From contig PDZS01000015.1 of NCBI GenBank assembly GCA_002753225.1, forward strand, positions 27,223 to 91,222: a stretch of DNA of 64,000 bases, written 5' to 3'. The notes beneath the pieces were generated by a model, which worked only from the letters and a program-made list of their open reading frames with translations, ran no database searches and had not been told where the DNA came from. How positions within the stretch are numbered: position 1 is the first letter of the stretch; every line of letters begins with the position of its first letter. Below are positions 9,558-20,025 of the stretch, one piece after another. The position numbers and the translations under genes are program-made. The stretch comes from Deltaproteobacteria bacterium YD0425bin51. Its GTDB lineage: Bacteria; Desulfobacterota; Desulfobacteria; Desulfobacterales; YD0425bin51.

Positions 9558-10769
9558 ATGGCAATTTATATATGGGAGGGAAAAGATAAAAAGGGTGAAG
9601 TAAAAAAGGGTGAGATGGAAATTGCTAGTGAAGAAGCATTACGAGGTTATTTAAAAAGGATCAAAATTACACCAATCAAAATCAAAGAAAAGCCGAAAGA
9701 TATTTTAGCAAATATTAAATTCCTTCAGCCTAAAGTACTTCAAGCTGATGTTATTCTTTTTGCAAGACAGTTTTCAACAATGATTGATGCCGGTCTTCCA
9801 ATAGTTCAATGTTTAGATATTCTTTATAACCAAAATGAAAACAGTACCTTCAAAAAAATATTAAAAGAGATAAAAGAAGCAGTTGAAAGTGGTGCAACTT
9901 TAGCCGAAGCATTAAAAAAATATCCTGATCTTTTTGATAATTTGTTTGTAAATATGATAGCTGCAGGCGAGGCTGGAGGTATTATTGATACAATTCTACA
10001 GCGTTTAGCCGCTTATATGGAAAAAGCAGCAACTTTAAAGGCTAAAGTTAAAGGAGCAATGACATATCCTGTAATTACTTTATGCATAGCTATTATTGTC
10101 GTTGCTGTTATTATGGTTTTTGTTATACCAGTATTTGAAAAAATGTTTAAAGAATTTGGTCAAGCCCTTCCTGCCCCAACTCAAGTTGTTATAAAGATAA
10201 GCAATTTTGTTCAGGCTAATATTGTATATATGATTGTTGCACTTTTTTTATTTATGTTTGCTTTTAAAAAATTTTACAGGACAACTAATGGAAGAGCAAT
10301 TGTTGATAATATAATGCTTAAGCTTCCTATCTTTGGTTCATTAATTAGAAAAGTTGCAGTAGCTAAGTTTACACGAACAATGGGAACAATGTTATCTAGC
10401 GGTGTTGCTATTTTGGAGGCTTTAGAGATAGTTGCAAAGACAGCCGGCAATATGACTGTCGAAAAAGCGATCTATAATGTGCGGACAGGTATAGCAGAAG
10501 GACGTCCTATGGCAGATCCTTTAACTGAAAGCGGAGTTTTTCCATCTATGGTATGCCAGATGATTGCTGTTGGAGAATCTACAGGAGCGCTGGATACAAT
10601 GCTTATTAAAATAGCTGATTTCTATGATCAAGAAGTTGATCAGGCTGTTGAAAATTTAACTTCAGCAATTGAGCCTCTAATGATGGTTTTTATGGGAGGT
10701 ACGATTGGAGGACTTGTGGTATCAATGTATTTGCCAATATTTTCAATGGCAGGAGCGGTCGGAGGATAA
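9558..10769 (+). CDS. Type II secretion / type IV pilus inner-membrane platform protein (GspF/PilC family)
   Basis: 403 aa with the duplicated T2SSF domain architecture and three TM segments, typical of GspF/PilC. Confidence 0.85.
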   Translation: MAIYIWEGKDKKGEVKKGEMEIASEEALRGYLKRIKITPIKIKEKPKDILANIKFLQPKVLQADVILFARQFSTMIDAGLPIVQCLDILYNQNENSTFKKILKEIKEAVESGATLAEALKKYPDLFDNLFVNMIAAGEAGGIIDTILQRLAAYMEKAATLKAKVKGAMTYPVITLCIAIIVVAVIMVFVIPVFEKMFKEFGQALPAPTQVVIKISNFVQANIVYMIVALFLFMFAFKKFYRTTNGRAIVDNIMLKLPIFGSLIRKVAVAKFTRTMGTMLSSGVAILEALEIVAKTAGNMTVEKAIYNVRTGIAEGRPMADPLTESGVFPSMVCQMIAVGESTGALDTMLIKIADFYDQEVDQAVENLTSAIEPLMMVFMGGTIGGLVVSMYLPIFSMAGAVGG

Positions 10770-10800
10770 TTAGAATTATTATAAGAGTAAGGAGAACAAT

Positions 10801-11856
10801 ATGTATCGAAAATTGAGTTTAATGATTTTTAGTTTTTTTGTTGTAACAGGCTTTATTGTCTATAAAGCAACAGCTTGTTCTTTGGCAGTTCTTAAGTCAA
10901 AAGAAAAGAGTATTATAGCTCGCAATATGGACTGGATTTCTCCAGATGGATATGTAGTTAAAAACTATCCTGGAGTAGAACGCAGGGCTAAATTAATTCT
11001 TATAAATCCTTATAAATGGAAATCAAAATATGGAAGCATAACAATAAATCTTGAACAAGATACTCATATTCCTGGTATAGGAAAGCAGAATGTAGCAGGA
11101 TGCGGGTTAAATGAAAAAGGGCTCTTTGCTGGCGAACTTTGGGTAGTAGGTCCTCCAAAAGTTAACTATCCTGTTGACTATGGAAAGTCATGGTTAGCTA
11201 CTGCTGAAGTAGTGCAGACGATTCTTGATACTTGTGCCAATGTAGATGAGGCAATATCACGTTTTAAAGAATTTAGTTTAGAAGGATTTACATTTCTAAG
11301 ATGGGCAGGCGTTGCTTTGGATTTGCATTGGTTTGTATCTGACAGCTCTGGGAAAACTGCAATTTTGGAATATCCTGATGCAAAATGGTCGGAGCATAAT
11401 CCCCCCATTTATTCAGCCATGACAAATCATTATTATGAAAGAAGCAATGAGGAACTTAAAAAGTATAAAGGTTTTGGCGGAAATAATGATATTCCTGATG
11501 AAGTGCCTTTTGATAAGAAAACAAGCCTTATGCGTTTTGTCTTAACCTGTGATTCTGTTGTCGATATTCAAACTACAGGAAATGTGACTTTAGATTCAGG
11601 ATTTGAACTTTTGAAACGAGTTAGCGCTCAAGATAGTCCTGTTTTAGAAGGTGGATCAGAGAAAATTACTACTCACTGGTCAGTTGTATATGATTTAAAA
11701 GAGAGAACAATTACATGGATTTCATCAAAAAATGCTGGTAGGCGCTGGATTGATCTAGATGGAATTGATTTCCCAGTTCGAAATAATAGAGATGATAAAA
11801 GAATATCTGTGCAATCCTCCGATGTAGGTGATATTACAAATAAATTTCAAAACTGA
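10801..11856 (+). CDS. Linear amide C-N hydrolase, choloylglycine hydrolase/penicillin V acylase (Ntn) family
   Basis: 351 aa. The signal peptide ends ...KATAC-SLAVL, giving a Cys as the predicted N-terminal nucleophile after cleavage, followed by ARNMDW, as in the CBAH family. Confidence 0.6.
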   Translation: MYRKLSLMIFSFFVVTGFIVYKATACSLAVLKSKEKSIIARNMDWISPDGYVVKNYPGVERRAKLILINPYKWKSKYGSITINLEQDTHIPGIGKQNVAGCGLNEKGLFAGELWVVGPPKVNYPVDYGKSWLATAEVVQTILDTCANVDEAISRFKEFSLEGFTFLRWAGVALDLHWFVSDSSGKTAILEYPDAKWSEHNPPIYSAMTNHYYERSNEELKKYKGFGGNNDIPDEVPFDKKTSLMRFVLTCDSVVDIQTTGNVTLDSGFELLKRVSAQDSPVLEGGSEKITTHWSVVYDLKERTITWISSKNAGRRWIDLDGIDFPVRNNRDDKRISVQSSDVGDITNKFQN

Positions 11857-13169
11857 TGAAAGTATCAATTAAGCAGTATAAAGATGACCTAGGTAAGAAG
11901 CTTAAATGGCTAATAATATTCAGGATTATTTTCACAACTATTTTACTGGGCTCTACAATTTTTATTCAATTCCAGTTGCATGATGATTTATCGCCTCTTG
12001 CAAAATCGCTTCTTGCCCTTTATGCTCTTATTGTTATAATTTTTTACTTATCTATTATCTATGCATTTATCCTTCCTTACATAAAAAATGGAATTATTTT
12101 TGCTTACATTCAGATAATTAGTGATACTTTTATAGTAACCCTTATCATTTTTTGTACAGGTGGTTTTGGAAGTATATTTTCTTTCCTTTATCTTGTAGTA
12201 ATTATGTATTCAAGCCTCCTTTTATTTAGAAAAGGGAGTATTATTATGGCTTCAATTTGCAGCATTCAGTATGGAGTCATGATTGATTTAGAATATTACA
12301 AAATAATTATACCTTTTGGAATAGAAGAAAATATACTTGCTTTAAGTTATGACTGGGTTTTTATATTGTATAGAATAATAATGCTTATAATGGCTTGTTT
12401 TGCAGTTGCATTACTTAGTGGATTTTTATCTGAGCAGATTAAAAGGACAAGAAAAGAACTTTTAGTAATGGAAGAACAGGTTAAACGTGTTGAAAAGGTA
12501 GCTGTTATTGGTGAAATGGCAGCTAGCATGGCTCATGAAATTAAAAATCCTTTAGCATCGTTAATTGGAGCTATCCAGATATTAAAGGAAGAGCTTCCTC
12601 CAAATGCTCATCAAGATAAGCTGATGGCAATTATAAATAGAGAAGCTGAAAGACTTAATATGTTGCTTACTAATTTTTTGTTTTTCACAAAACCTGTGAC
12701 TAGCAGTATTAAAGCAATTGATTTAGCTAAAGTAATAGATGAAATAGTATCGCTTTTTGAAAAAGATAAATGCTGCAGAGATAGAATAACAATTTCTACA
12801 AAGTTTAATCCAAATATTTTTGTTGAAATGGATCAGTCTCATTTATGTCAGGTAATGTGGAACCTTTTAATTAATTCTGCAGAGGCAATAAAAGATAAAG
12901 GGATTATATCTATTGATATATATAAAACAAAAAGAGGGTATGCATGTATAAGAATTTCAGATAATGGATGTGGAATTTCAGAAAAAGATTTAAATTCTAT
13001 TTTTGACCCATTTTTTACTACTAAGAGTAAAGGTACAGGTCTTGGATTATCTATTGTTAATAGAATATTAGAATCATATGATGGAGAGTTAGATGTAGAA
13101 AGCAAAATTGGAATTGGCACAACATTTACATTGAGTTTAAAGTTGATTAATTTTAATATTGATAAGTAA
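11856..13169 (+). CDS. Membrane sensor histidine kinase
   Basis: 437 aa. About six N-terminal TM helices, the HisKA H-box MAHEIKNPL, and HATPase_c motifs (DNGCGI, GTGLGLSI). Confidence 0.8.
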   Translation: MKVSIKQYKDDLGKKLKWLIIFRIIFTTILLGSTIFIQFQLHDDLSPLAKSLLALYALIVIIFYLSIIYAFILPYIKNGIIFAYIQIISDTFIVTLIIFCTGGFGSIFSFLYLVVIMYSSLLLFRKGSIIMASICSIQYGVMIDLEYYKIIIPFGIEENILALSYDWVFILYRIIMLIMACFAVALLSGFLSEQIKRTRKELLVMEEQVKRVEKVAVIGEMAASMAHEIKNPLASLIGAIQILKEELPPNAHQDKLMAIINREAERLNMLLTNFLFFTKPVTSSIKAIDLAKVIDEIVSLFEKDKCCRDRITISTKFNPNIFVEMDQSHLCQVMWNLLINSAEAIKDKGIISIDIYKTKRGYACIRISDNGCGISEKDLNSIFDPFFTTKSKGTGLGLSIVNRILESYDGELDVESKIGIGTTFTLSLKLINFNIDK

Positions 13170-13206
13170 AGTGATCTAAAAATTCAAATTAATAAAGAGG
13201 ACTTTT

Positions 13207-14685
13207 ATGGATAAAGAAAGTGATATTATTGAAAAGCGTAAAAAAAAGAATGAAGATTTATTAAATCAAGGTATTAACCTTTTTCCAAATGATTTTAAAG
13301 TATCAAATACAATAAAAGATTTTAAGGCAACAGTTGATAGTTATTCAAGCGAATGCCATGAAGGGAAAGAAGTATTGGTAGTTGCCGGTCGTATGATGGC
13401 AATTAACAGATTTGGCAAAGCATCTTTCATAAGAATTAAGGATAGAACAGGTCTTGTTCAAGCATATATTGCAAAGGAAAAAGTAGGAGAAAACTCTTAT
13501 GCTCTTTTTAAACAACTTGATGTAGGTGATTTTGTTGGAATAAAAGGGAGTCCTTTTAAAACTAAAACAGGTGAATGGACTCTTTTAGCAACTGAAATAT
13601 CTCTTTTATGTAAAGCAACTAAACCTTTGCCCGAAAAATTTCATGGATTAAAAGACCCTGAAAAGCGTTACCGTCAGAGATATATAGATCTTATAATGAA
13701 CTCTGAAGTACGAGATATATTTATTAAAAGAAGTAAGATTGTACAAGCAGTTAGAGCTTTCTTATTATCCTATGATTTTCTTGAAGTTGAAACTCCTATG
13801 ATGCAGCCAATTCCTGGAGGAGCAGAAGCTGCTCCTTTTGTCACTCACCATAAAACATTAGATATGAACATGTATCTTAGAATTGCTCCGGAGCTTTATC
13901 TAAAAAGGCTTGTAGTCGGAGGGTTTGAAAGAGTTTTTGAAATTAATAGAAATTTTAGGAATGAAGGTGTTTCAACTCAACACAATCCTGAATTTACAAT
14001 GATGGAATTTTATATGGCATATGCCACTTATCTTGATCTCATGACATTAACAGAAGAAATGTTTAGATATGTAGCAAAAGATGTGGTTGGTTCAGATACT
14101 TTTTTGTATCAAGAAAATAATATTTCATTTTCTGGAACATGGAAAAGAATTCCACTTTTAAATTCGCTTATAGAAATAGGAGGAGTTCCTGAAAATATAA
14201 TTAATGATAAAGCAAAACTATTGGATTTTGCTTCCTCAAAAGGTATTAAAATAACAAATGTAAACAGATTTGGAAAAATAATTACAAAATTATTTGATGT
14301 TTTGGTTGAGCCAAAGCTTATTCAACCAACCTTTATTACAGGTTATCCAGTTGAGGTTTCTCCTCTTTCGAGAAAAAGCGATGAAAATAAAGAACTAACA
14401 GATAGATTTGAACTTTTTATTGCGGGTCGTGAAATTGCAAATGGATTTTCTGAGTTAAATGATCCAATAGATCAGAAGTATAGATTTATGGAACAGTTGA
14501 AGGATAGAGAAGCAGGGGATGAAGAGGCTCATCATATGGATGAAGATTATATCGAAGCTTTAGAATATGGTATGCCTCCTACAGCAGGTGAAGGAATAGG
14601 AATTGATAGACTAGTAATGCTTCTTACAAACTCACCATCGATTAGAGAAGTAATTTTATTCCCTCATATGAGAACTAAAAATTAA
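13207..14685 (+). CDS. lysS: Lysine--tRNA ligase (class II)
   Basis: 492 aa. N-terminal OB anticodon-binding domain, class II motifs (FRNEG, GIDRLVML), and the C-terminal FPHMR. Confidence 0.93.
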   Translation: MDKESDIIEKRKKKNEDLLNQGINLFPNDFKVSNTIKDFKATVDSYSSECHEGKEVLVVAGRMMAINRFGKASFIRIKDRTGLVQAYIAKEKVGENSYALFKQLDVGDFVGIKGSPFKTKTGEWTLLATEISLLCKATKPLPEKFHGLKDPEKRYRQRYIDLIMNSEVRDIFIKRSKIVQAVRAFLLSYDFLEVETPMMQPIPGGAEAAPFVTHHKTLDMNMYLRIAPELYLKRLVVGGFERVFEINRNFRNEGVSTQHNPEFTMMEFYMAYATYLDLMTLTEEMFRYVAKDVVGSDTFLYQENNISFSGTWKRIPLLNSLIEIGGVPENIINDKAKLLDFASSKGIKITNVNRFGKIITKLFDVLVEPKLIQPTFITGYPVEVSPLSRKSDENKELTDRFELFIAGREIANGFSELNDPIDQKYRFMEQLKDREAGDEEAHHMDEDYIEALEYGMPPTAGEGIGIDRLVMLLTNSPSIREVILFPHMRTKN

Positions 14686-14699
14686 GAAAATATAATTTT

Positions 14700-15917
14700 A
14701 TGTCATTTGAATCTTTTATTGGCAAACGATATTTAAGAAGTAAGCAAAAGCATGCTTTTATTTCTTTAATAACTCTTTTATCAGTTGCAGGTGTAACAGT
14801 TGGTGTTATGGCTTTGATTGTTGTAATTGCTGTTATGTCAGGGGCTGAAGCAGATTTAAAATCTAAAATACTTTCAGTTGTATCGCATGTTGTAGTAATG
14901 AAACATGGTGGAGCTTTTTCAGATTATAAAAATACAATTGAAAATATTGAAAAAACAGATGGAGTTAATGCTGCTACCCCTTTTGTTTATACTCAGGTTA
15001 TGCTTAAATCGTCATCTAATGCGGCTGGAAGTATTTTAAGAGGAGTAGATCCTGATAATTTTGGAAAGGTTAGTAAAATATTAAGCGATCTACAACTAAA
15101 AAAACTATCAAATATAGACAGCAAAATACCACAAATAACCTTGGGAAAAGAGTTAGCAAAAACTCTTCAGGTTGATGAAGGAGATAGTCTTTATATTATT
15201 TCTCCTAGAGGAATGCTGTCCCCAATTGGTCATGTACCATCTATGCGAAGATTTCAAGTTGTTGGAGTTTTTAAGTCTGGAATGTATGAATATGATGGTA
15301 CCTTAGCATATATACATATTAAAGAAGCTCAAAAGATGCTTCATATGGATAATGCAGTAACTGGGATTGAAGTACGAATAAAAGATATTTACAAGGCAAA
15401 AGAAATCTCAGATAGGATCCTTTCAAATTTAGGGTTTACTTATTGGGCAAAAGACTGGATGGAAATGAATCAAAATTTATTTTCAGCCTTAAAATTAGAA
15501 AAAACTGTAATGTTTATTATATTAACCCTTATTATTTTAGTTGCCGCATTTAATATAGCCAGCATGTTAATTATGATGGTGATGGAGAAGACAAAAGATA
15601 TAGCAATTCTTAAGGCAATGGGTGCAACTGATAAAAGTATTTATAAGATTTTTGTTTTCAAAGGTATGGCTATAGGGAGCTTGGGAACAATTTTGGGACT
15701 TGTTTTAGGACTTATTTTATGTATTCTTCTTAAACAATATCAATTTATAGACCTTCCCGGCGATGTCTATCCTTTTAGTAAATTACCTGTTAAAATAGAG
15801 ATATTAGATATTTCCTCAATTGCTATTTCAGCAATGTTTATATGTTTTTTGGCAACGCTTTATCCAGCGAGGCGTGCATCTAAATTAAATCCTGTTGAAG
15901 CTATTCGTTATGGTTGA
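14700..15917 (+). CDS. lolE: Lipoprotein-releasing system permease LolC/LolE (FtsX-like)
   Basis: 405 aa. TM1, a large periplasmic MacB-like domain, then three C-terminal TM helices; N-terminal MSFESFIGKRYLRSK is typical of LolC/E. Confidence 0.85.
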   Translation: MSFESFIGKRYLRSKQKHAFISLITLLSVAGVTVGVMALIVVIAVMSGAEADLKSKILSVVSHVVVMKHGGAFSDYKNTIENIEKTDGVNAATPFVYTQVMLKSSSNAAGSILRGVDPDNFGKVSKILSDLQLKKLSNIDSKIPQITLGKELAKTLQVDEGDSLYIISPRGMLSPIGHVPSMRRFQVVGVFKSGMYEYDGTLAYIHIKEAQKMLHMDNAVTGIEVRIKDIYKAKEISDRILSNLGFTYWAKDWMEMNQNLFSALKLEKTVMFIILTLIILVAAFNIASMLIMMVMEKTKDIAILKAMGATDKSIYKIFVFKGMAIGSLGTILGLVLGLILCILLKQYQFIDLPGDVYPFSKLPVKIEILDISSIAISAMFICFLATLYPARRASKLNPVEAIRYG

Positions 15918-15934
15918 TAAAATAATTGTCTTGT

Positions 15935-16597
15935 ATGTTGAAAATTAATTCATACACAATCAGAGATGAGATATTTATGGATGTTTTAGAAATCATCCAT
16001 AAATATTTAAGTGAGATACCTTATGCTATAGTCGGAGGAGGGGCTGTACAGATATATACATCATCAATTGCAATAAAAAAAAAAGTTATAGATTCAATAA
16101 AAGATATTAATGGCTTGTCATTTATGTTCAGAAAAACTGGAGATATTGATTTGTCTTTTTTATATGATCTATCTGAGCTTATCAAAACCTTTAATATGAT
16201 TATAGAACAATATTCAGATGTCTATAAATTTCATAGTTTCATTAAAAGATTTGTTATTCAAAAAGGTAATCATAGGTTAAATCTGAATTATCAAACAGAA
16301 CCTAATGATTTAAAAGGAATTCGATCATATTATGATGATATTATACATACCGCAATAACAGTTTGCCTTCCATACAGGAATAAAATCATCGAAGTCAAAA
16401 CTGCAAAACCTGAATATATAGTTGCATCTAAGCTTACAAGGATTAAACCTAAAGATCAGATAGATATAATGATTTTACTTAAAGCTGTAGATATGGATAA
16501 TTATCCCTTTGATTCTGAAGAAGTGAGATCTATCCTCAAATCAGTAAATAAAGAAGACAATTATTCAATTCTTATGGATATCATGGATTCTATGTAG
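15935..16597 (+). CDS. Hypothetical protein with a nucleotidyltransferase-fold-like GG...DID motif, inserted between lolE and lolD
   Basis: The ORF has no recognisable family. AIVGGGAVQ ... GDIDLSF resembles a minimal NTase GS/DxD signature. Start is uncertain: the track uses TTG at 15926, the first ATG is 15935. Confidence 0.35.
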   Translation: MLKINSYTIRDEIFMDVLEIIHKYLSEIPYAIVGGGAVQIYTSSIAIKKKVIDSIKDINGLSFMFRKTGDIDLSFLYDLSELIKTFNMIIEQYSDVYKFHSFIKRFVIQKGNHRLNLNYQTEPNDLKGIRSYYDDIIHTAITVCLPYRNKIIEVKTAKPEYIVASKLTRIKPKDQIDIMILLKAVDMDNYPFDSEEVRSILKSVNKEDNYSILMDIMDSM

Positions 16598-16670
16598 TTC
16601 TTGACACTTAACTTTAAATAGGTTAGCAAGGAGAACTTATTTTTCAATATTTTATAATTTATGAAAATTT

Positions 16671-17363
16671 ATGCAAAATGACAATTATAGTTTTATAAGT
16701 CTTAAAGGTATTTATAAGACCTTTAAGAATAATGGTGTTAATGTAGAGATTCTAAAAGAGCTTTGTTTTGATATAAATAAAGGTGATACTATTGCTATTG
16801 TTGGTGCATCTGGAATTGGCAAGTCAACCCTTCTTCACATTTTAGGTACATTAGACAGACCAGATATAGGAACAATTTTATTTGAAGAAAAAGATGTTTT
16901 CCTTTTTGATGATAAAAAATTAGCAAAATTTAGAAATCAGTTTATTGGATTTGTTTTTCAATTTCATCATCTTTTACCTGAATTTTCTACTATTGAAAAT
17001 GTTATGATGCCTGCTTTGATTCAAGGTTATAATAAAAAAGAATCAAAAGATATGGCAGAATCAATTTTAGTTAGAGTTGGATTAAAAGAAAGACTTTATT
17101 TTAGAACAAATCAGCTATCAGGTGGTGAACAGCAGAGGACTGCTCTAGCTAGATCTCTTATCATGAATCCAATGGTACTTTTAGCAGATGAACCAACAGG
17201 TAATCTTGATAAAAGGAATAGTAATCAAGTTCATGATCTACTAATGGAACTGAATCGCGAGTTATCCATGACTATGGTTGTTGTAACGCATAATATGGAA
17301 CTTGCAGGTTTAATGAATCATCGCGTAACTATTGTTGATGGACAGTTATTAGAAACAAGTTGA
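16671..17363 (+). CDS. lolD: Lipoprotein-releasing system ATP-binding protein LolD
   Basis: 230 aa ABC ATPase with Walker A GASGIGKST, signature LSGGEQQR and Walker B LLADEPT, directly upstream of bamA and next to lolE. Confidence 0.88.
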   Translation: MQNDNYSFISLKGIYKTFKNNGVNVEILKELCFDINKGDTIAIVGASGIGKSTLLHILGTLDRPDIGTILFEEKDVFLFDDKKLAKFRNQFIGFVFQFHHLLPEFSTIENVMMPALIQGYNKKESKDMAESILVRVGLKERLYFRTNQLSGGEQQRTALARSLIMNPMVLLADEPTGNLDKRNSNQVHDLLMELNRELSMTMVVVTHNMELAGLMNHRVTIVDGQLLETS

Positions 17364-17374
17364 GGTGTTTTCAA

Positions 17375-19987
17375 ATGCAAAGGTATTTTTTATTGTTTAT
17401 TTTTTGTCTTTTTACTTCACTTGCCTATTCAGGCCAAGATAATCCACGAATAATAATCCTTCCTTTTGATATTCATTCAAAAGAAGATATATCTTATTTA
17501 TCAACTAAGATACCAGATGTTATTAAGAAAAATTTGAAAGAACATCAAGCAGTAATAATTGATAATGTTATTTTTCCTAAACAAATTAAAGATAATTTAG
17601 AATTAAAAAAAATTGGGATCACAAATGATGCAGATTATATAATTGCAGGAACTCTTACAAGAATAGGAGAGGAATTTAGCTTAGATTTAAGATTAATTCA
17701 GACTTTTTCAAATGATCCTGTTAAACCTTTTTTTGTGCAAGGTAAAGGAATTGAAAATATTTCTGGACTTGTTGAAACTTTATCAACTGATATAATTGCA
17801 AATATTTTTAAAGAAACAAAGATTGCTGTAATAGAAATATTGGGAAATAAAAGAATTGAAGCTGATGCAATCAAACGTTCCATAAAGAGCAAAGAAGGGG
17901 ATATATTTAGTTCTGAAAAACTCTCAAAAGATTTAAAATCTGTTTTTGCAATGGGATACTTTGAGGATGTAAGGGTTGAACAGGAGGAGATAAAATCTGG
18001 AAAAAAAGTTAGCTTTTTTGTAGTTGAAAAACCTACAATAAAAGTAATCAATATAAAAGGTAACAAAGCTTATACAGGTGAGGAGATAAAAAAAGCATTA
18101 ACAATTAATACAGGCTCTATATTAAATATTAAGCAGCTTAAAAGTAACGTTTCAAGAATAGAAGAGCTTTATAAGGAAAAAAATTATCATAATGTTAAAG
18201 TAAGCTATAAAACAAATGCTTTGGATCATAACCAAGTTGATCTTGATTTTGTTATAGAAGAAGGGGAAAAACTTAAAATAAAAAAGATTACTTTCATTGG
18301 TAATAAAGCTTATAAAGAAAAAGAATTAAAGAAATTAATGAAAAGTTCTGAGAAAGGTTTTTTTTCATTTCTTACTTCTTCTGGTGAGTATAATATTGAA
18401 AATTTAAATAGGGACGGGGCAGAAATTGCTAATTTTTATCAAGATAATGGCTACATAGACTGTAAAGTCAGCGAACCTCAAGTGGATTTTAAGGATAACT
18501 CAATATATATTACAATAAAGTTAGATGAAGGTATGCAGTTTAAAGTAGGTAAAGTTGATATTGAGGGAGATTTTATTTTAACTAAGGATGATTTATTAAA
18601 AGATGTCAAAATAAAAAAAGAAAAAATTTTTAGCAGGAAAGTTGTTCAGGATGACATTATTAAACTTACTGATAATTATTCTGATAAAGGTTATGCTTAT
18701 GCTGACATAATGCCGCGAGTGGATAAAAATGTTGAAAAATTATCAGTTGATATTACTTACGTAATAGAAAAGGGTAAAGAAGTTTATTTTGAGAGAATTT
18801 TAATAAGTGGGAATACAAAAACCAGAGATAAAGTGATTCGTCGTGAGCTTCCAGTCTATGAGCAGGAATTATATAGTGGTCAGAAATTAAAAAGGGGTGT
18901 TCGTAATCTATATCGTTTAGATTTTTTTGAAGATATTAAAGTTGATACAGCAAAAGGAAGTTCTGATGATAAAATGGTTTTAAAAATTGATTTAAAAGAG
19001 AAACCAACAGGAGCTTTTACTTTTGGAGGCGGATACAGTAGTGTTGAGTCATTTTTTTTAACAGGTTCTGTTTCACAAAAGAATATGCAGGGACTAGGTC
19101 AGGTACTTCAATTGAAAGCTCAATTTGGAGGAATAACAAATCGCTATACAGTAAGTTTTACAGAACCATGGTTGTTTGATATACCTCTTTCAGGAGGTTT
19201 TGATCTATATAACTGGGACACAGAATACGATACCTATGATAAACACAGCATAGGAGGCGGGCTTAGGTCTAGTTATCTAATATTTGACTTTACAAGGGCA
19301 TATATTTCCTATTCTTATGAAACTGCAAATATTGAAAATGTAACTGTTGATGCTCCTGATGTAATAAAGGAAATGATTGGAGAAAATGTTACAAGCACAA
19401 TAACTACAAGTTTAGATTATGATTCAAGAGATAGAATTTTTAACCCTACTGAAGGTTCTCAGCATACTGTCACATTTCAGTATTCAGGTCTTGGTGGAGA
19501 TGTTGGTTTCACAAAGTATTTGATAGAGAGTGGAAAATATTTTCCATTGTTTTGGGATACGGTTGGATTTTTACATGGTGCATGCGGATTTGTATATCAA
19601 AATCCAGCAAAAAAATTACCATCATATGAGCGTTTTTATCTTGGTGGCTTAAATTCTTTACGCGGTTTTAAGTGGCAGGAGCTTAGTCCTGTTGATAATA
19701 ATGGAATAAAGATAGGTGGAAATAAATTTGTTCAGTTTAATGTAGAATATTTAATACCTTTAATAAAAAAAGCAGGGCTTGTTGGAGTTGTTTTTTATGA
19801 TACAGGTAATGTCTGGGATAATAATGTAGATATAGATTTAGGAAATCTGCGCAGATGCGCAGGATATGGATTTAGATGGTATTCTCCAATAGGTCCAATT
19901 CGTTTGGAATGTGGTTATATTCTTGATAAAAAAGATGGAGAAAGCGAAGGAGGGCGCTGGGATTTTACGATGGGAACAGCGTTTTAA
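17375..19987 (+). CDS. bamA: Outer membrane protein assembly factor BamA (Omp85)
   Basis: About 870 aa. Signal peptide, POTRA repeats, a C-terminal 16-strand barrel and terminal ...GTAF. Start placed at ATG 17375 because the track start at 17360 is TTG. Confidence 0.92.
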   Translation: MQRYFLLFIFCLFTSLAYSGQDNPRIIILPFDIHSKEDISYLSTKIPDVIKKNLKEHQAVIIDNVIFPKQIKDNLELKKIGITNDADYIIAGTLTRIGEEFSLDLRLIQTFSNDPVKPFFVQGKGIENISGLVETLSTDIIANIFKETKIAVIEILGNKRIEADAIKRSIKSKEGDIFSSEKLSKDLKSVFAMGYFEDVRVEQEEIKSGKKVSFFVVEKPTIKVINIKGNKAYTGEEIKKALTINTGSILNIKQLKSNVSRIEELYKEKNYHNVKVSYKTNALDHNQVDLDFVIEEGEKLKIKKITFIGNKAYKEKELKKLMKSSEKGFFSFLTSSGEYNIENLNRDGAEIANFYQDNGYIDCKVSEPQVDFKDNSIYITIKLDEGMQFKVGKVDIEGDFILTKDDLLKDVKIKKEKIFSRKVVQDDIIKLTDNYSDKGYAYADIMPRVDKNVEKLSVDITYVIEKGKEVYFERILISGNTKTRDKVIRRELPVYEQELYSGQKLKRGVRNLYRLDFFEDIKVDTAKGSSDDKMVLKIDLKEKPTGAFTFGGGYSSVESFFLTGSVSQKNMQGLGQVLQLKAQFGGITNRYTVSFTEPWLFDIPLSGGFDLYNWDTEYDTYDKHSIGGGLRSSYLIFDFTRAYISYSYETANIENVTVDAPDVIKEMIGENVTSTITTSLDYDSRDRIFNPTEGSQHTVTFQYSGLGGDVGFTKYLIESGKYFPLFWDTVGFLHGACGFVYQNPAKKLPSYERFYLGGLNSLRGFKWQELSPVDNNGIKIGGNKFVQFNVEYLIPLIKKAGLVGVVFYDTGNVWDNNVDIDLGNLRRCAGYGFRWYSPIGPIRLECGYILDKKDGESEGGRWDFTMGTAF

Positions 19988-20025
19988 CTTATTATTTATA
20001 AATTAAATTATTTCAAGGAGGATAA

